A DNA stretch of 64,000 nucleotides. Origin: an uncultured Alphaproteobacteria bacterium. GTDB taxonomy: Bacteria > Pseudomonadota > Alphaproteobacteria > Rs-D84. The translations under genes and the position numbers were made by a program. Shown here piece after piece: positions 1 through 10,189 of this stretch. The stretch spans positions 88,578-152,577 of the forward strand of contig CAMRWN010000002.1 in assembly GCA_947054455.1 (NCBI GenBank), read 5' to 3'. Numbering within the stretch: position 1 is the first letter of the stretch; each line of letters opens with the position of its first letter. Under the pieces are notes generated by a model. That model saw only the letters and a program-made list of their open reading frames with translations. It did not search any database and had not been told where the DNA came from.

Positions 1-747
1 GGTTCCAAGACGCCAACCGCCGCGGACAGCACCAGTCCGACCGCCGGTAAATGGTACAGTTGCCCGGCCAGTTATGCCGCCACCGGCGCCGCGGCCACGG
101 ACCATGATGCACGCACGGACTGCAAAATTTCGTGCAGTGCCGGCACGCAGGTCGCCACCGCAAATGCGGCATGTACAACGCCGAATACCGCTGATTGGTA
201 TACGAACGCCCACACGGTCAATGCAGGGTCCAAATCAACCGTTTCCAGTTGCCTTGCAGCCAAGGGTTATCACAACAGTGGCAACACGGCGGCAAACCAT
301 GCTGGCGTTGCATCGTGCAAGACGACGTGCAACGGCGGCCAGTATGTCGCCACCGCCGGTGCGGGATGTGTCGCGGTCGGAACGGGGTATTATTGCGCGG
401 GCGGAACGGTTGCACAGAATGCAACGCTGGCGCGTACGGCGTGTACAAACGGCCCGGCGAATTCCGCGTACACCGGCGGCGCCGCGTCAAATGCATGTCC
501 GTGGTCGTGCAATTCCGGATATGGACAGACGTCCGCAAACCTGTGCGCGCAGTACTGTGCGGCGGGCATCACCGAATTGCGTCTGGGCAACGGTGTTGTG
601 GTTCCGCTGTATGCGGCCAAGCAGACCGAACATGCAATCCACGTCGGATACGACGGCAAGGTGTGCTATGGCAGTCTGGCTGGTGGCGCCGCCGCGTCGG
701 CCCTGAATGTGAACATGGGCGGGACAACGTATCACACCATTAAATAA
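1..747 (+). CDS. C-terminal part of a Cys/Thr/Ala-rich repetitive surface protein (5'-partial)
   Basis: Frame +1 is open from base 1 to TAA 745-747 (GSKTPTAADS...CPWSCNSGY...VPLYAAKQTEHAIHVGYDGKVCYGSL...ALNVNMGGTTYHTIK*). A terminator follows. Absent from the ORF track because it lacks a start. Confidence 0.85.
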   Translation, partial: GSKTPTAADSTSPTAGKWYSCPASYAATGAAATDHDARTDCKISCSAGTQVATANAACTTPNTADWYTNAHTVNAGSKSTVSSCLAAKGYHNSGNTAANHAGVASCKTTCNGGQYVATAGAGCVAVGTGYYCAGGTVAQNATLARTACTNGPANSAYTGGAASNACPWSCNSGYGQTSANLCAQYCAAGITELRLGNGVVVPLYAAKQTEHAIHVGYDGKVCYGSLAGGAAASALNVNMGGTTYHTIK

Positions 748-749
748 TG

Positions 750-779
750 CATGCCCCCAAACACGGGGGCATGTTTTTT
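750..779 (+). terminator. Intrinsic terminator
   Basis: CATGCCCCC-aaacac-GGGGGCATG followed by T6. Confidence 0.8.
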
Positions 780-873
780 ATGCGGCGGCGGATATTCGGA
801 CCGCAATCAAAAAATCGTTTTTTTAGGAAATATATGGTTGCCCTGCCCGGTTGTTTTTTGCTATTGTGCGGGC

Positions 874-3800
874 ATGGAAAATCAATTCGTTCATCTTCGT
901 TTGCATTCTCGTTTTTCTGTTGGCGCCAGCACCCTGCGTGTAAAGGATATTCCGGCGTTGTGTACGGCGGCGGGCATGACGGCGTGCGCCCTGACCGACA
1001 CCAATCTGATGTCCGGATGCGCCGAATTTTCCGATGTCATGCCAAAGGCCAAGGTGCAGCCGATTATCGGTGTGGAAATTTCACTGAATCATCATAATGT
1101 CGACCCGAAAATCCTGCGGGCCGGCACTTTGTCCAAGTTGGTGCTGCTGGCGCAGAATCACGATGGTTATCTGAATTTGTGCGAATTGAACCGAATCATG
1201 TACATGCGGCCGGACAACCATCATCTGGGGCCGTATATAACATTCGAAGAACTGGAATCGCATGCCGCGGGGCTGATTTGTCTGTCCGCGGCGCACACCG
1301 GCGCCGTCGGCATGGCCGTGCTGAACAATCAGGAATCCCAGGCGCAGATTTACGCCAGGCGTTTTTTGGATATATTCGGCGACCGTTTTTATATTGAAAT
1401 TCAGCGCCACGGACTGGAAGATGAAATAAAGACCGAGCCGGCGTTTCTGAAAATTGCGCGTGAATTGGAAATTCCGATTGTCGCGACGAACGATGTGTGT
1501 TTCGCCGCCGGCAAAAATTACGAGGCGACAGACGCCTTGGGCTGTGTTCTGGGCCAGACGAAAATCATCGACCCGGAACGTCCGCGCAAATCGTCCGAGC
1601 AATATTTTAAATCAGGTGCGGAAATGGCCGAACTGTTTTCCGACCTGCCCGAGGCGATAGAAAACACCGTTGTCATTGCACAGCGCTGTGGATTTATGGT
1701 CAATGTCCATGAAAAGCCGCTGTTGCCGCGTTTCGGTCAGGATTTGGAAACCGAGTGCCAAATGCTGCGCGAAAACACGCTTAAAGGGCTGGCGGAACGT
1801 CTGCGCCGGCACAACATCACAGACACCGCGCCGTATTACGAACAGGCGGAATTTGAATTGCAGGTCATTATCGGGATGGGCTTTCCGGGATATTTCCTGA
1901 TTGTTGCAGATTATATCGAATGGTGCCGCAATAATGATGTTCTGACAGGGCCGGGACGCGGTTCGGGTGCGGGTTCCATTGTGGCGTGGGCGCTGGGGAT
2001 TACGCATGTGGACCCGCTGAAATACGGCCTGCTGTTCGAACGCTTTTTGAACCCGGACCGAATATCAATGCCCGACTTTGACGTTGACTTTGAACCCACC
2101 GGGATTGAACGCGTGCTGGCATACATATGTGAAAAGTACGGGGCGGATTCCGTTTGCAGAATCATCACATTCGGCAGTCTGCAGGCGCGCGGCGCGGTTC
2201 GTGATATTGGGCGCGTATACGGCATGCCCTATTCCAAGTCGGACCGCCTGTCAAAACTGATTCCCCAGGATGCAAAAACATTAAAGGATGCCGTTGACAC
2301 TTCGGCGGAAATTCAGGTTATTTTGCAGTCCGACGAAGATATGAACAAAGTTGTCAATATTGCCGAGGAATTAGAAGGCAGTCTGCGAAATCTGGGACAG
2401 CATGCGTGTGGCGTCGTAATCGGCGACCGTCCCACGACAAATATTGCGCCCGTTTATCGCGACCCGGCCAACGCCCTGCCGTCGTGCCAGTATGACGGAC
2501 ATTATTTGGAATCGGCGGGGTTGATAAAGTTTGACTTTCTGGGGTTGGAAACGTTGGTCGTGCTGAAATATGCAACACGCCTGATTCAGCAGACGCGCGG
2601 TATAAACATAGACCTGGACAAGATACCGGTCGACGACGCCAAGACCATGGACTTGTGGCAGCGCGGATTGACCGAAGGCATATTCCAATTTGATGCCCCG
2701 TTTGTTCAGCAGACCCTGCGCAAGATGCACCCGACCAGCTTTTTGGAAATATCCGCGCTTAACGCCCTGAACCGGCCTGGGCCCATCGCATTTATTCCAC
2801 AATTTATCGCCCGCATGCACGGCGAGGAGCCAATTGAATACGTTCATCCGCGCGCGGAATCGATTCTAAAAGAAACGTATGGCATCATCGTTTACCAGGA
2901 ACAGGTTATGCAGCTGACGCGCGCGCTGGCCGGATTTACACGCGGCCAGTCTGACAACGTGCGCAAGGCCATGGGCAAAAAGATAATCAAGATGTTGGAC
3001 GAGCTGGAGGGTAAGTTTTACGAGGGTTGTGAAAAGGAAGGCACCCTGGACCGCGCCACCGCCAAGGATTTGTGGGAAAAGTTCAAGGAGTTCGCAAAAT
3101 ACGCGTTTAACAAATCGCACGCAATCGCATATTCCATCGTTGCGAACCAGTGCGCCTATCTCAAGGCGAATTATACGCCGGAATTTTTGGCTGCATCGAT
3201 GTCCAGCAATTTGAACGACACGGACCAGCTGGCGATATTTGTAGACGATGCTAAATCGAATTTCGGAATACAAATTGTCGCCCCGGATATAAACCAGAGT
3301 GAATCCCTGTTCACCGTCAAGGACGGCAAGATAATTTATGGCCTGGCCGCAATCAAGGGTGTCGGTGCGGTGGCGACCGACGCGATTGTCGCCGAACGGA
3401 ATGCGAACGGCAAATTCAAAAATTTGACGGATTTTGCAAAACGCTGCGCAAATATAATGAACAAGCGCATATTGGAAGCCTTTGCAAAAGTCGGTGTTTT
3501 GGATTCGTTGGAACCAAACCGTGCGGCCGTCTTTATGAATGCGGACATGATACTGGCATATGCGTCCAAGTCGCGCGACGGTGCGAATGCGTTGTCGCTG
3601 TTTGCGAACACGGTCGAAGACGATGTGTCCGAAGACCGGCTGCGCAGAAACCTGCCGCGGACGGATTCATGGACATTCGGCCAGCGGTTGGAAAACGAAC
3701 TGTCGGCGCTGGGGTTCTATATATCGGCGCATCCTTTGGACCAGTACAAGCATCTGATAGAACGCTCAAAGCTGGCGACCAGCGCGACGTTGGAAGTGCT

Positions 3801-4284
3801 GGGTGATAGAAAGCCGGTTCAGATTGCGGCCAATGTAAACTCGTTCGGGCGTCGTCGCACCAAGACCGGCAAGGATATGATAACAATAAATGCGTCGGAC
3901 AGTTTCGGAAACATTGACGCTGTTGCGTTCGGGGATGCGGCGGCGGAATTCGCGCAGATTCTGTCCAATGAAAATATCGTTTTGATTTCCGGCAAAACGT
4001 CGAACCGCGACGACCGGGTTTCCGTGTTTGTCGATTCCATAATCCCGCTGGCGCAGTGGGTTGCGAAAATCGCCCGTCGAATCACGCTGAATATTTCAAA
4101 TCCGTCAGTGCTGGCCGACGTGAAAAAGGCGTTGGCGGCATTGCCGCGCGGCACGACGCGCGTGGAATTGAACCTGCGTTCCGGGGACAAGGTGGCGACC
4201 CTGGCGCTTAAGGGCGGCGTTGAACTGGGGCGCACGACTGCCGCTGATTTGGGCGCCCTGGGGATAAAGGTGGAAATAGAATAA
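874..4284 (+). CDS. dnaE: DNA polymerase III alpha subunit
   Basis: PHP motif HLRLHSRFS, GPGRGSGAGS, MPDFDVDF, YAFNKSH and an OB fold. Start set at MENQF (874). Confidence 0.97.
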   Translation: MENQFVHLRLHSRFSVGASTLRVKDIPALCTAAGMTACALTDTNLMSGCAEFSDVMPKAKVQPIIGVEISLNHHNVDPKILRAGTLSKLVLLAQNHDGYLNLCELNRIMYMRPDNHHLGPYITFEELESHAAGLICLSAAHTGAVGMAVLNNQESQAQIYARRFLDIFGDRFYIEIQRHGLEDEIKTEPAFLKIARELEIPIVATNDVCFAAGKNYEATDALGCVLGQTKIIDPERPRKSSEQYFKSGAEMAELFSDLPEAIENTVVIAQRCGFMVNVHEKPLLPRFGQDLETECQMLRENTLKGLAERLRRHNITDTAPYYEQAEFELQVIIGMGFPGYFLIVADYIEWCRNNDVLTGPGRGSGAGSIVAWALGITHVDPLKYGLLFERFLNPDRISMPDFDVDFEPTGIERVLAYICEKYGADSVCRIITFGSLQARGAVRDIGRVYGMPYSKSDRLSKLIPQDAKTLKDAVDTSAEIQVILQSDEDMNKVVNIAEELEGSLRNLGQHACGVVIGDRPTTNIAPVYRDPANALPSCQYDGHYLESAGLIKFDFLGLETLVVLKYATRLIQQTRGINIDLDKIPVDDAKTMDLWQRGLTEGIFQFDAPFVQQTLRKMHPTSFLEISALNALNRPGPIAFIPQFIARMHGEEPIEYVHPRAESILKETYGIIVYQEQVMQLTRALAGFTRGQSDNVRKAMGKKIIKMLDELEGKFYEGCEKEGTLDRATAKDLWEKFKEFAKYAFNKSHAIAYSIVANQCAYLKANYTPEFLAASMSSNLNDTDQLAIFVDDAKSNFGIQIVAPDINQSESLFTVKDGKIIYGLAAIKGVGAVATDAIVAERNANGKFKNLTDFAKRCANIMNKRILEAFAKVGVLDSLEPNRAAVFMNADMILAYASKSRDGANALSLFANTVEDDVSEDRLRRNLPRTDSWTFGQRLENELSALGFYISAHPLDQYKHLIERSKLATSATLEVLGDRKPVQIAANVNSFGRRRTKTGKDMITINASDSFGNIDAVAFGDAAAEFAQILSNENIVLISGKTSNRDDRVSVFVDSIIPLAQWVAKIARRITLNISNPSVLADVKKALAALPRGTTRVELNLRSGDKVATLALKGGVELGRTTAADLGALGIKVEIE

Positions 4285-5129
4285 TGAAACATGTACCGGT
4301 TTTATTAAATGCGGTGATGGGGACGCTGGGGGATGTGCGCGGCCGCACGATTATTGACGCAACATTTGGCGCGGGCGGATATACGCGCGCGTTTCTGGAT
4401 GCGGGTGCGAATGTGGTTGCATTTGACCGCGATCCAAATGTCGCGGCGGACGCCGCGGCGGTCGGGGCGCAGTTCGGCGACCGTTTTACGTTTATCCCAC
4501 GGCCGTTTTCAGTCATGTCGGAACTGGACGGGAAATATGACGCGGTGGTTTTTGATTTGGGCATTTCGTCCATGCAGATTGATGTTGCCGCGCGCGGATT
4601 TTCATTCCGCGGGGATGGGCCGTTGGACATGCGCATGTCCGGTTCGGGTTTGTCGGCGGCGGAATTAATCGCTCAAACGCCCGCGCCGGAATTGGCGCGC
4701 ATTCTGCGCGATTATGGCGATGTGAAGAAAGCAGCGCCGATTGCAGCCGCGATGAAGGAAAAACTGCCCCAGACAACATTCGGGCTTAAGGAACTGATAT
4801 TCAATCCAAAAGATGTCGCACCGGTGTTCCAGGCGCTGCGCATCGCGGTTAATGATGAAATGGGCGAAATAAGGCGCGCATTGGCGGCGGTTCCGGATTT
4901 GCTGGTACCGGGCGGAATGTGCATCTGCGTCAGTTTTCATTCGCTGGAAGACAGAATTGTAAAGAATATATTTCGCCAGTGGACGACCGCGCCCGGCGAC
5001 CCGCGTCTGCCACAGACGGCGGCGGCACCGTTTGCGGCGCTGCGGACGTGTACACCGACGGATGCGGAACTGGTGGTGAATCCGCGCGCGCGCAGCGCGC
5101 ACATGCGCGGCGTTATAAAATCATATTGA
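4284..5129 (+). CDS. rsmH: 16S rRNA m4C1402 methyltransferase
   Basis: HVPVLL, DATFGAGG, DLGISSMQ, SFHSLEDRIVK, NPRARSA. Confidence 0.96.
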   Translation: MKHVPVLLNAVMGTLGDVRGRTIIDATFGAGGYTRAFLDAGANVVAFDRDPNVAADAAAVGAQFGDRFTFIPRPFSVMSELDGKYDAVVFDLGISSMQIDVAARGFSFRGDGPLDMRMSGSGLSAAELIAQTPAPELARILRDYGDVKKAAPIAAAMKEKLPQTTFGLKELIFNPKDVAPVFQALRIAVNDEMGEIRRALAAVPDLLVPGGMCICVSFHSLEDRIVKNIFRQWTTAPGDPRLPQTAAAPFAALRTCTPTDAELVVNPRARSAHMRGVIKSY

Positions 5130-5188
5130 CCCGCGTCCGGCGTTTTGTGTAGAATTCTGAGAGAATAAGGAAAGGAAGGCTTTATATC

Positions 5189-5695
5189 ATGAAAACAATT
5201 GGAAAGACACTGTTGTTTGCACTTTGTGCGTTTGCGGCCCTGCCCGCTGCATGGGCGGTTTGCCCCGTTTGCACGGTGGCGGTTGGCGCCGGATTGGAAG
5301 GTGCGCGCCTGTTGGGTGTGGATGATGTTATAACCGGTATCTGGGCCGGCGGCCTGACATTGTCGCTGTTCTTTTGGACGGTTGGCTGGCTGAAAAAACG
5401 CGGGGTAAAAAACGTATGGCTGCAGGTGGTTTTACCGTTTGTCGCATATTACGCCCTGCTGGCGATGGTCTATGCCATGCCGGGTATGGTTTTCGGTGCC
5501 AACACGCTGTGGGGTATTGACAAGTTTTTACTGGGGGTTGTCGTCGGAACCATCGCGTTTTATTTCGGCGCCCGCTGGTATGTTCGGATAAAGCGTGAAA
5601 ATGGCGGTCATGCGCAGTTCGCGTTCCAAAAAGTTGTGGTGCCGCTGTCGTTTCTGTTGGTGGCGACGGCCGTATTCTGGTTGATTACAAAATAA
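5189..5695 (+). CDS. Hypothetical membrane protein with CPVC motif
   Basis: About 4-5 hydrophobic helices, AVCPVCTVAV, SD-like AAGGA upstream. Confidence 0.8.
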   Translation: MKTIGKTLLFALCAFAALPAAWAVCPVCTVAVGAGLEGARLLGVDDVITGIWAGGLTLSLFFWTVGWLKKRGVKNVWLQVVLPFVAYYALLAMVYAMPGMVFGANTLWGIDKFLLGVVVGTIAFYFGARWYVRIKRENGGHAQFAFQKVVVPLSFLLVATAVFWLITK

Positions 5696-5718
5696 TTACA
5701 AAACGAAGGATTTTTGAA

Positions 5719-6336
5719 ATGAAACGTGAAAAGAAAATGACAATGGAAGAAATGATTCAGAAAGTTGACGCATCCAAAAAGGTCAACCCGCTGGACTTGT
5801 CATCAGATCAGGATTTGTCGATTGCCCTGATGAATCTGATTTCATTGGAGGAACATTTCTTCTTTAGCGGCGCCAAAACACAAAAGACCGGATTTTATGA
5901 CATGATTAACACTGTCCGCGACATGCGCAAGGAATTGATGGAGCGCATCGTGAAAAAATCCACCGCCGAAAACGGCGAGGTATGGTGCATTTCAAAGCAT
6001 CTGTTGGCGGCATCGATGCGCCTTATGGAGGTTGGAACCAAGGCCCTGGGCGCGGGTAATACAGAAGATGCCTATAATTTGTTTAACAAGGCATATGACC
6101 TGTATTCTCTGTTTTGGGGAATTAACATGGAACTGATTGACTTGGCGGGTGTAAAAAAAATTGCACCGGATGTTTATGAACGCGCCACCGCAGAATGTCC
6201 GTTAAAGGCCACCGCGTCTGCAAAAAACGCGACAAAGACGGCCGCGTCCAAGGCGTCTTCGACCGCTGAATCCGGTTCGACAGTGCGTCGTCTGGGCAAC
6301 TGGGTAAAGAATGCGGTTAATTGCTGCATCGAATAA
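5719..6336 (+). CDS. Hypothetical protein (LEEH / WCISKH motifs, C-terminal CCIE)
   Basis: Clean ORF with SD GAAGGA, apparently co-transcribed with 5189. Confidence 0.8.
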   Translation: MKREKKMTMEEMIQKVDASKKVNPLDLSSDQDLSIALMNLISLEEHFFFSGAKTQKTGFYDMINTVRDMRKELMERIVKKSTAENGEVWCISKHLLAASMRLMEVGTKALGAGNTEDAYNLFNKAYDLYSLFWGINMELIDLAGVKKIAPDVYERATAECPLKATASAKNATKTAASKASSTAESGSTVRRLGNWVKNAVNCCIE

Positions 6337-6395
6337 TTCGGTGTTGATTCACAGTGATAAAAAATGGTATAATTCAATTCAAAGAGATGTGAGAG

Positions 6396-8765
6396 TTGAA
6401 TATCTGCGGGAAAAATTTTTATAAATTTTTGCTTGTGGCGTCAGCCGTTGTTGGCATGAATGCCGCCGACGCCGCCCAGGCGCCGAATCCGCGCGCCGGT
6501 GCGACTGTTTCTACGGCACGCACCGATACCCGCGATGTTCGCCGTGATGCCACGTCTACCGTATCACGGGCCGCAACCACGTCGCGCGCCGCGACCGCAC
6601 GGTCGGCCAACACAGTTTCCCGCAGCGCGGCAAACACCATAACTGCCGCCGTCGGCGCGCGCAGCGCCGTCCGTCAAAAGACCGCGGTCAGCCGACCGGA
6701 TGCGACGACCGCCCGCGCGGCATCGTCCAGCGTGGTGCGCAGCGCAACATCAGCCGTGGCGCCGTCTGCTGCGCCGCGCGGCGCGGCGTCCGTATCGCGC
6801 GCGGGTACCGCGCGGGCAACCGCCGTATTTGAAGATGTTTCTAAAATCGGTGGCGGATATGCCGCCTGCCGCGAGGCGTATTCAACCTGTATGGACCAGT
6901 TCTGTGCCAAGGCGAACGAAACATATCGTCGTTGCTTTTGCAGTGCGAAATATACGGAATTCCGCGACCTAGAAAACGCCATGGACGAGGCGAAAATTTT
7001 GCTTCAGCGCTTCGAAGACAATAATTTGAATGCGGTTGACAAGACTGCGGACGAAGTTAATGCGATGTATACCGCCACGGTCGGCGAAGCCGCGATTAAA
7101 AGCGACGTCAGCGGTGCCACTGCAATGTTGACAGAAATAACGGATTTGTTGTCGGGGAAAAAGAGAACGCAGGAATCCGGATTCAGCAGCACATCACTGG
7201 GGCTGTTGTCTTTTGACCTGAATTCCGATATTGACGACATATGGGGCGCCGGCGGGACAAATTCGATTTTTTCCAATGGAAATGCCCGCGATTTGACCAC
7301 GCTGGAAGGACAGCAGCTTTATAACGAAGCCAGTAAACAATGCTTGCAGTTGGTTGGTGATTCATGTGAAAACAACGCCGTTTTGACCATGGCGACCAGT
7401 TCGTACAGTATTCTGATAAGCCAGGATTGCAATGCGTATGAAAAGAAGGTAAACACCCAGAAAGAGGCGATTATGCAGACTGTCCGCACGGCGGAAAAGT
7501 ATCTGCGCGAAGCCAGATTGGATGAATACCGCGCCCATAATTCGGCCGATGTGAACGAATGCATCGCCAAGGTGCGTACGGCGATGACCGCCGATACGGC
7601 ATGCGGTGAAAATTACAAGCGCTGTATGGACTATACCGGTGCATATATCAACAGCTCTACCGGCGAACCCATTTACTCCCCGCGTTTGTTTGAGTTAAAT
7701 TCTTTGATTCAATTGGGTGGTGTGAATTCAGGCATGGACGTGCTGCAGCAGAATCCGCAATTCAACAGTTTCCTGGAATCGCGCAAAATGTTTGCAACGT
7801 CGGCACTGGATACATGCCGCGATATCGCCCCCACAGTATGGGAAGAATTTAAACGCGCGGCGTTGATTGAAATATCTCAGGCCCAGGATGCCAAAATCGA
7901 AGAAGTTAAAATGTCGTGCGTCAGCACGATGACTGAATGCTATGACACGCAGTCGGCCGCGCTAAAGAATTTTGACAAATCCACATCCCAGGTTGCAGGC
8001 GCCCTGTCGATTCAGGCCGCGCGCCAGCTGTGCCAGGACAAGGTTTCGGCGTGTGCAGCATTGTATGGCGGCGGTTCGAACGAAGCGTGCCAGTTCGACA
8101 GAAATGGAAAAATTACAAATGCGAACCTCTGTGGCGCCCAGGCATTGATAAAATTTGTTGATACGGTTGATAATGTCCGCATTGCTGAAGGTTGCGCAAC
8201 CGCGATTGATACATATGTCAAGGGGCTGTGCACGCCCACCAGCGGAGAAATTGGATTCCCTTGGAATTGCCGAACAAAGAAAATTGGCATGTTAAATGAT
8301 GTTGCTGATGGTAAAAGCACGGCGTCCTTGGCGGCGAACATTCGCTGGTTCGCAGAGCAGAATTGCGCCGACCCCGCAACAGACTCAAAGCTAAGCCAAC
8401 AGGTTGAACTGCAGATTGAAAAGTCGTTTAACAATATTAAAAGTGAAATGGAAATGCAGTTTTCCGATGTTTGTGAAACGTTGGGCGGATATTGGGTGGA
8501 ATCTTCTGCCACAGATATAGGCGGGACGGAACTGTCGGCATTCAAACAACTGGCCTATAATGGCAACAGCAGGCCCGAAAACAGCGGTCGCTGCATGGAA
8601 AACAGCGCCAGGGTGCAATGTCTGGATTATAATTCTGACGCTATAACATATGCGACATTTAACAGTGCCACGAACGAATGCATATTCACAGATGAATGGT
8701 ACAAGAATAAATGCCAGTCAATTGGCGGCTATTATGAAAACAGTGTTTGCTATGTGGCGGAATGA
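6396..8765 (+). CDS. Secreted Cys-rich protein with Ala/Arg/Ser/Thr-rich N-terminal region
   Basis: Signal-peptide-like N-terminus, low-complexity SRAA/ARSA region, many spaced Cys; TTG start. Confidence 0.85.
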   Translation: MNICGKNFYKFLLVASAVVGMNAADAAQAPNPRAGATVSTARTDTRDVRRDATSTVSRAATTSRAATARSANTVSRSAANTITAAVGARSAVRQKTAVSRPDATTARAASSSVVRSATSAVAPSAAPRGAASVSRAGTARATAVFEDVSKIGGGYAACREAYSTCMDQFCAKANETYRRCFCSAKYTEFRDLENAMDEAKILLQRFEDNNLNAVDKTADEVNAMYTATVGEAAIKSDVSGATAMLTEITDLLSGKKRTQESGFSSTSLGLLSFDLNSDIDDIWGAGGTNSIFSNGNARDLTTLEGQQLYNEASKQCLQLVGDSCENNAVLTMATSSYSILISQDCNAYEKKVNTQKEAIMQTVRTAEKYLREARLDEYRAHNSADVNECIAKVRTAMTADTACGENYKRCMDYTGAYINSSTGEPIYSPRLFELNSLIQLGGVNSGMDVLQQNPQFNSFLESRKMFATSALDTCRDIAPTVWEEFKRAALIEISQAQDAKIEEVKMSCVSTMTECYDTQSAALKNFDKSTSQVAGALSIQAARQLCQDKVSACAALYGGGSNEACQFDRNGKITNANLCGAQALIKFVDTVDNVRIAEGCATAIDTYVKGLCTPTSGEIGFPWNCRTKKIGMLNDVADGKSTASLAANIRWFAEQNCADPATDSKLSQQVELQIEKSFNNIKSEMEMQFSDVCETLGGYWVESSATDIGGTELSAFKQLAYNGNSRPENSGRCMENSARVQCLDYNSDAITYATFNSATNECIFTDEWYKNKCQSIGGYYENSVCYVAE

Positions 8766-8793
8766 AATTGACGGACAACGGTGAAAAATTAAA

Positions 8794-10143
8794 ATGGCAA
8801 TAAAAAAATATGGATTTTTGTTTTTAACTGCATTGGCCGCTTTGAATTCCGAGGCTGCGTTCGCAAGCGGGATAAACGTGAGTAATATGCTGCAGTATTG
8901 GGGCAACCCGAGTATGCTTTATTGTGCGGAGTCTGATATGGGCGCGGCGTCAATTGGCAAAAACAAGGCGACGTGCACAGGAAACGATAACAACGTATGT
9001 CTTATGAAGAATGGCAAGCGTGAGAGCGGAGGCGTTTTGATGCTGGTTGCCCGCGAGGTGAACCAATATGGCGCAAAATTTTGTCCTACGACCGTATACG
9101 GTCAAAAAACCAATAATAAGTGCAGCAAAAGTATAACCCTGTATTCTGAATCAGACAAGGCGCCAAAATGCTTTTGGCTGTGCAAAAGTGGCCATTATGG
9201 CGAAGGTTGTCAGAACATAACCCCCAGCGGATGTGATTCATCATTGCTGCGTCGCAGCGATTTTGACAGTTATTCAATGTCAAATTCTTCGTATGTGGAA
9301 AATTCAGTTGCCATGTTCCATTGGGATCAGCGTGAAAAGTGCGATGGAAGAACATATAGCGATGAACACGATATGATTCTGGGGATTTCGGATTGGCTGC
9401 CGAATGGACACGGTGCGATAGCGCAACCTTTTGTAGTTCGTTCAACCTATCCAAAAAGTAAGGGATGTAAGACAAAAGCATTTGCTACGGTAAGAAAGGT
9501 TGGAACACCGACGATATTGTGCAAAAACGGTTATAAATTAAATGCGGCTGGAACCGATTGTGAGCCGGCCGATGCAACGGCATGTGCGCAAATAAACATG
9601 TGTGCCGGCTGGGACAGCACATTGTTTGATGCGGATGTTATGGTTATGCACTATAACGATAGCGGTAAATGCTGGGAATATCGCTGTACAACCGCCGGAT
9701 ATGGTTTTATATCCGAAACCCTTCGTACGTGTTCGGCGTGTCCGACCGGCATGCGCAACGGTGTTTCACCACAGACGGGCATGTGCATTCAGTGTGCAAA
9801 TGATAAAATATTTGATGCGAATGCATCCAATACAAATTATTGCGGTAATACAATGGCACTCAGCAAGAGCGACATGATGTACGGCCGCGGGAAAACCATT
9901 GCGACACAGCCAAAGCTGCAGAATCAGTGCTGGCCCCTGTCCAACCCCAGCGAGTACAAAGATTGCGTGCAAAACGGTGGCAGAAAGCCGCAGACCTCGT
10001 CCGTGGGGGGCAATGATAATCCAGTTCAGCGCATTCCCAATATTGGTATAAATGACGGACTAGTTAAGCCGGTCGAACCTATAAAGATTTCGCCGGTAGC
10101 TCCAGTTGACAATGTGTATATTGCGAACCCATATTTGAAATAA
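8794..10143 (+). CDS. Secreted Cys-rich hypothetical protein
   Basis: Signal peptide (…SEAAFA) and a Cys-rich body. Confidence 0.85.
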   Translation: MAIKKYGFLFLTALAALNSEAAFASGINVSNMLQYWGNPSMLYCAESDMGAASIGKNKATCTGNDNNVCLMKNGKRESGGVLMLVAREVNQYGAKFCPTTVYGQKTNNKCSKSITLYSESDKAPKCFWLCKSGHYGEGCQNITPSGCDSSLLRRSDFDSYSMSNSSYVENSVAMFHWDQREKCDGRTYSDEHDMILGISDWLPNGHGAIAQPFVVRSTYPKSKGCKTKAFATVRKVGTPTILCKNGYKLNAAGTDCEPADATACAQINMCAGWDSTLFDADVMVMHYNDSGKCWEYRCTTAGYGFISETLRTCSACPTGMRNGVSPQTGMCIQCANDKIFDANASNTNYCGNTMALSKSDMMYGRGKTIATQPKLQNQCWPLSNPSEYKDCVQNGGRKPQTSSVGGNDNPVQRIPNIGINDGLVKPVEPIKISPVAPVDNVYIANPYLK

Positions 10144-10168
10144 AAAACGCCGGTTCCGGCGTTTTTTT
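10142..10168. terminator. Bidirectional intrinsic terminator
   Basis: A6-CGCCGG-tt-CCGGCG-T7 between convergent genes. Confidence 0.8.
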
Positions 10169-10189
10169 AGCAACATAAACACAGTCGGC

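Noticed and set aside
72-743. ORF-track entries 74..706, 195..743 and their antisense ORFs
   Set aside because: Shadow frames of the real frame +1 Cys-rich CDS. The same applies to most short overlapping ORFs in this GC-rich window.
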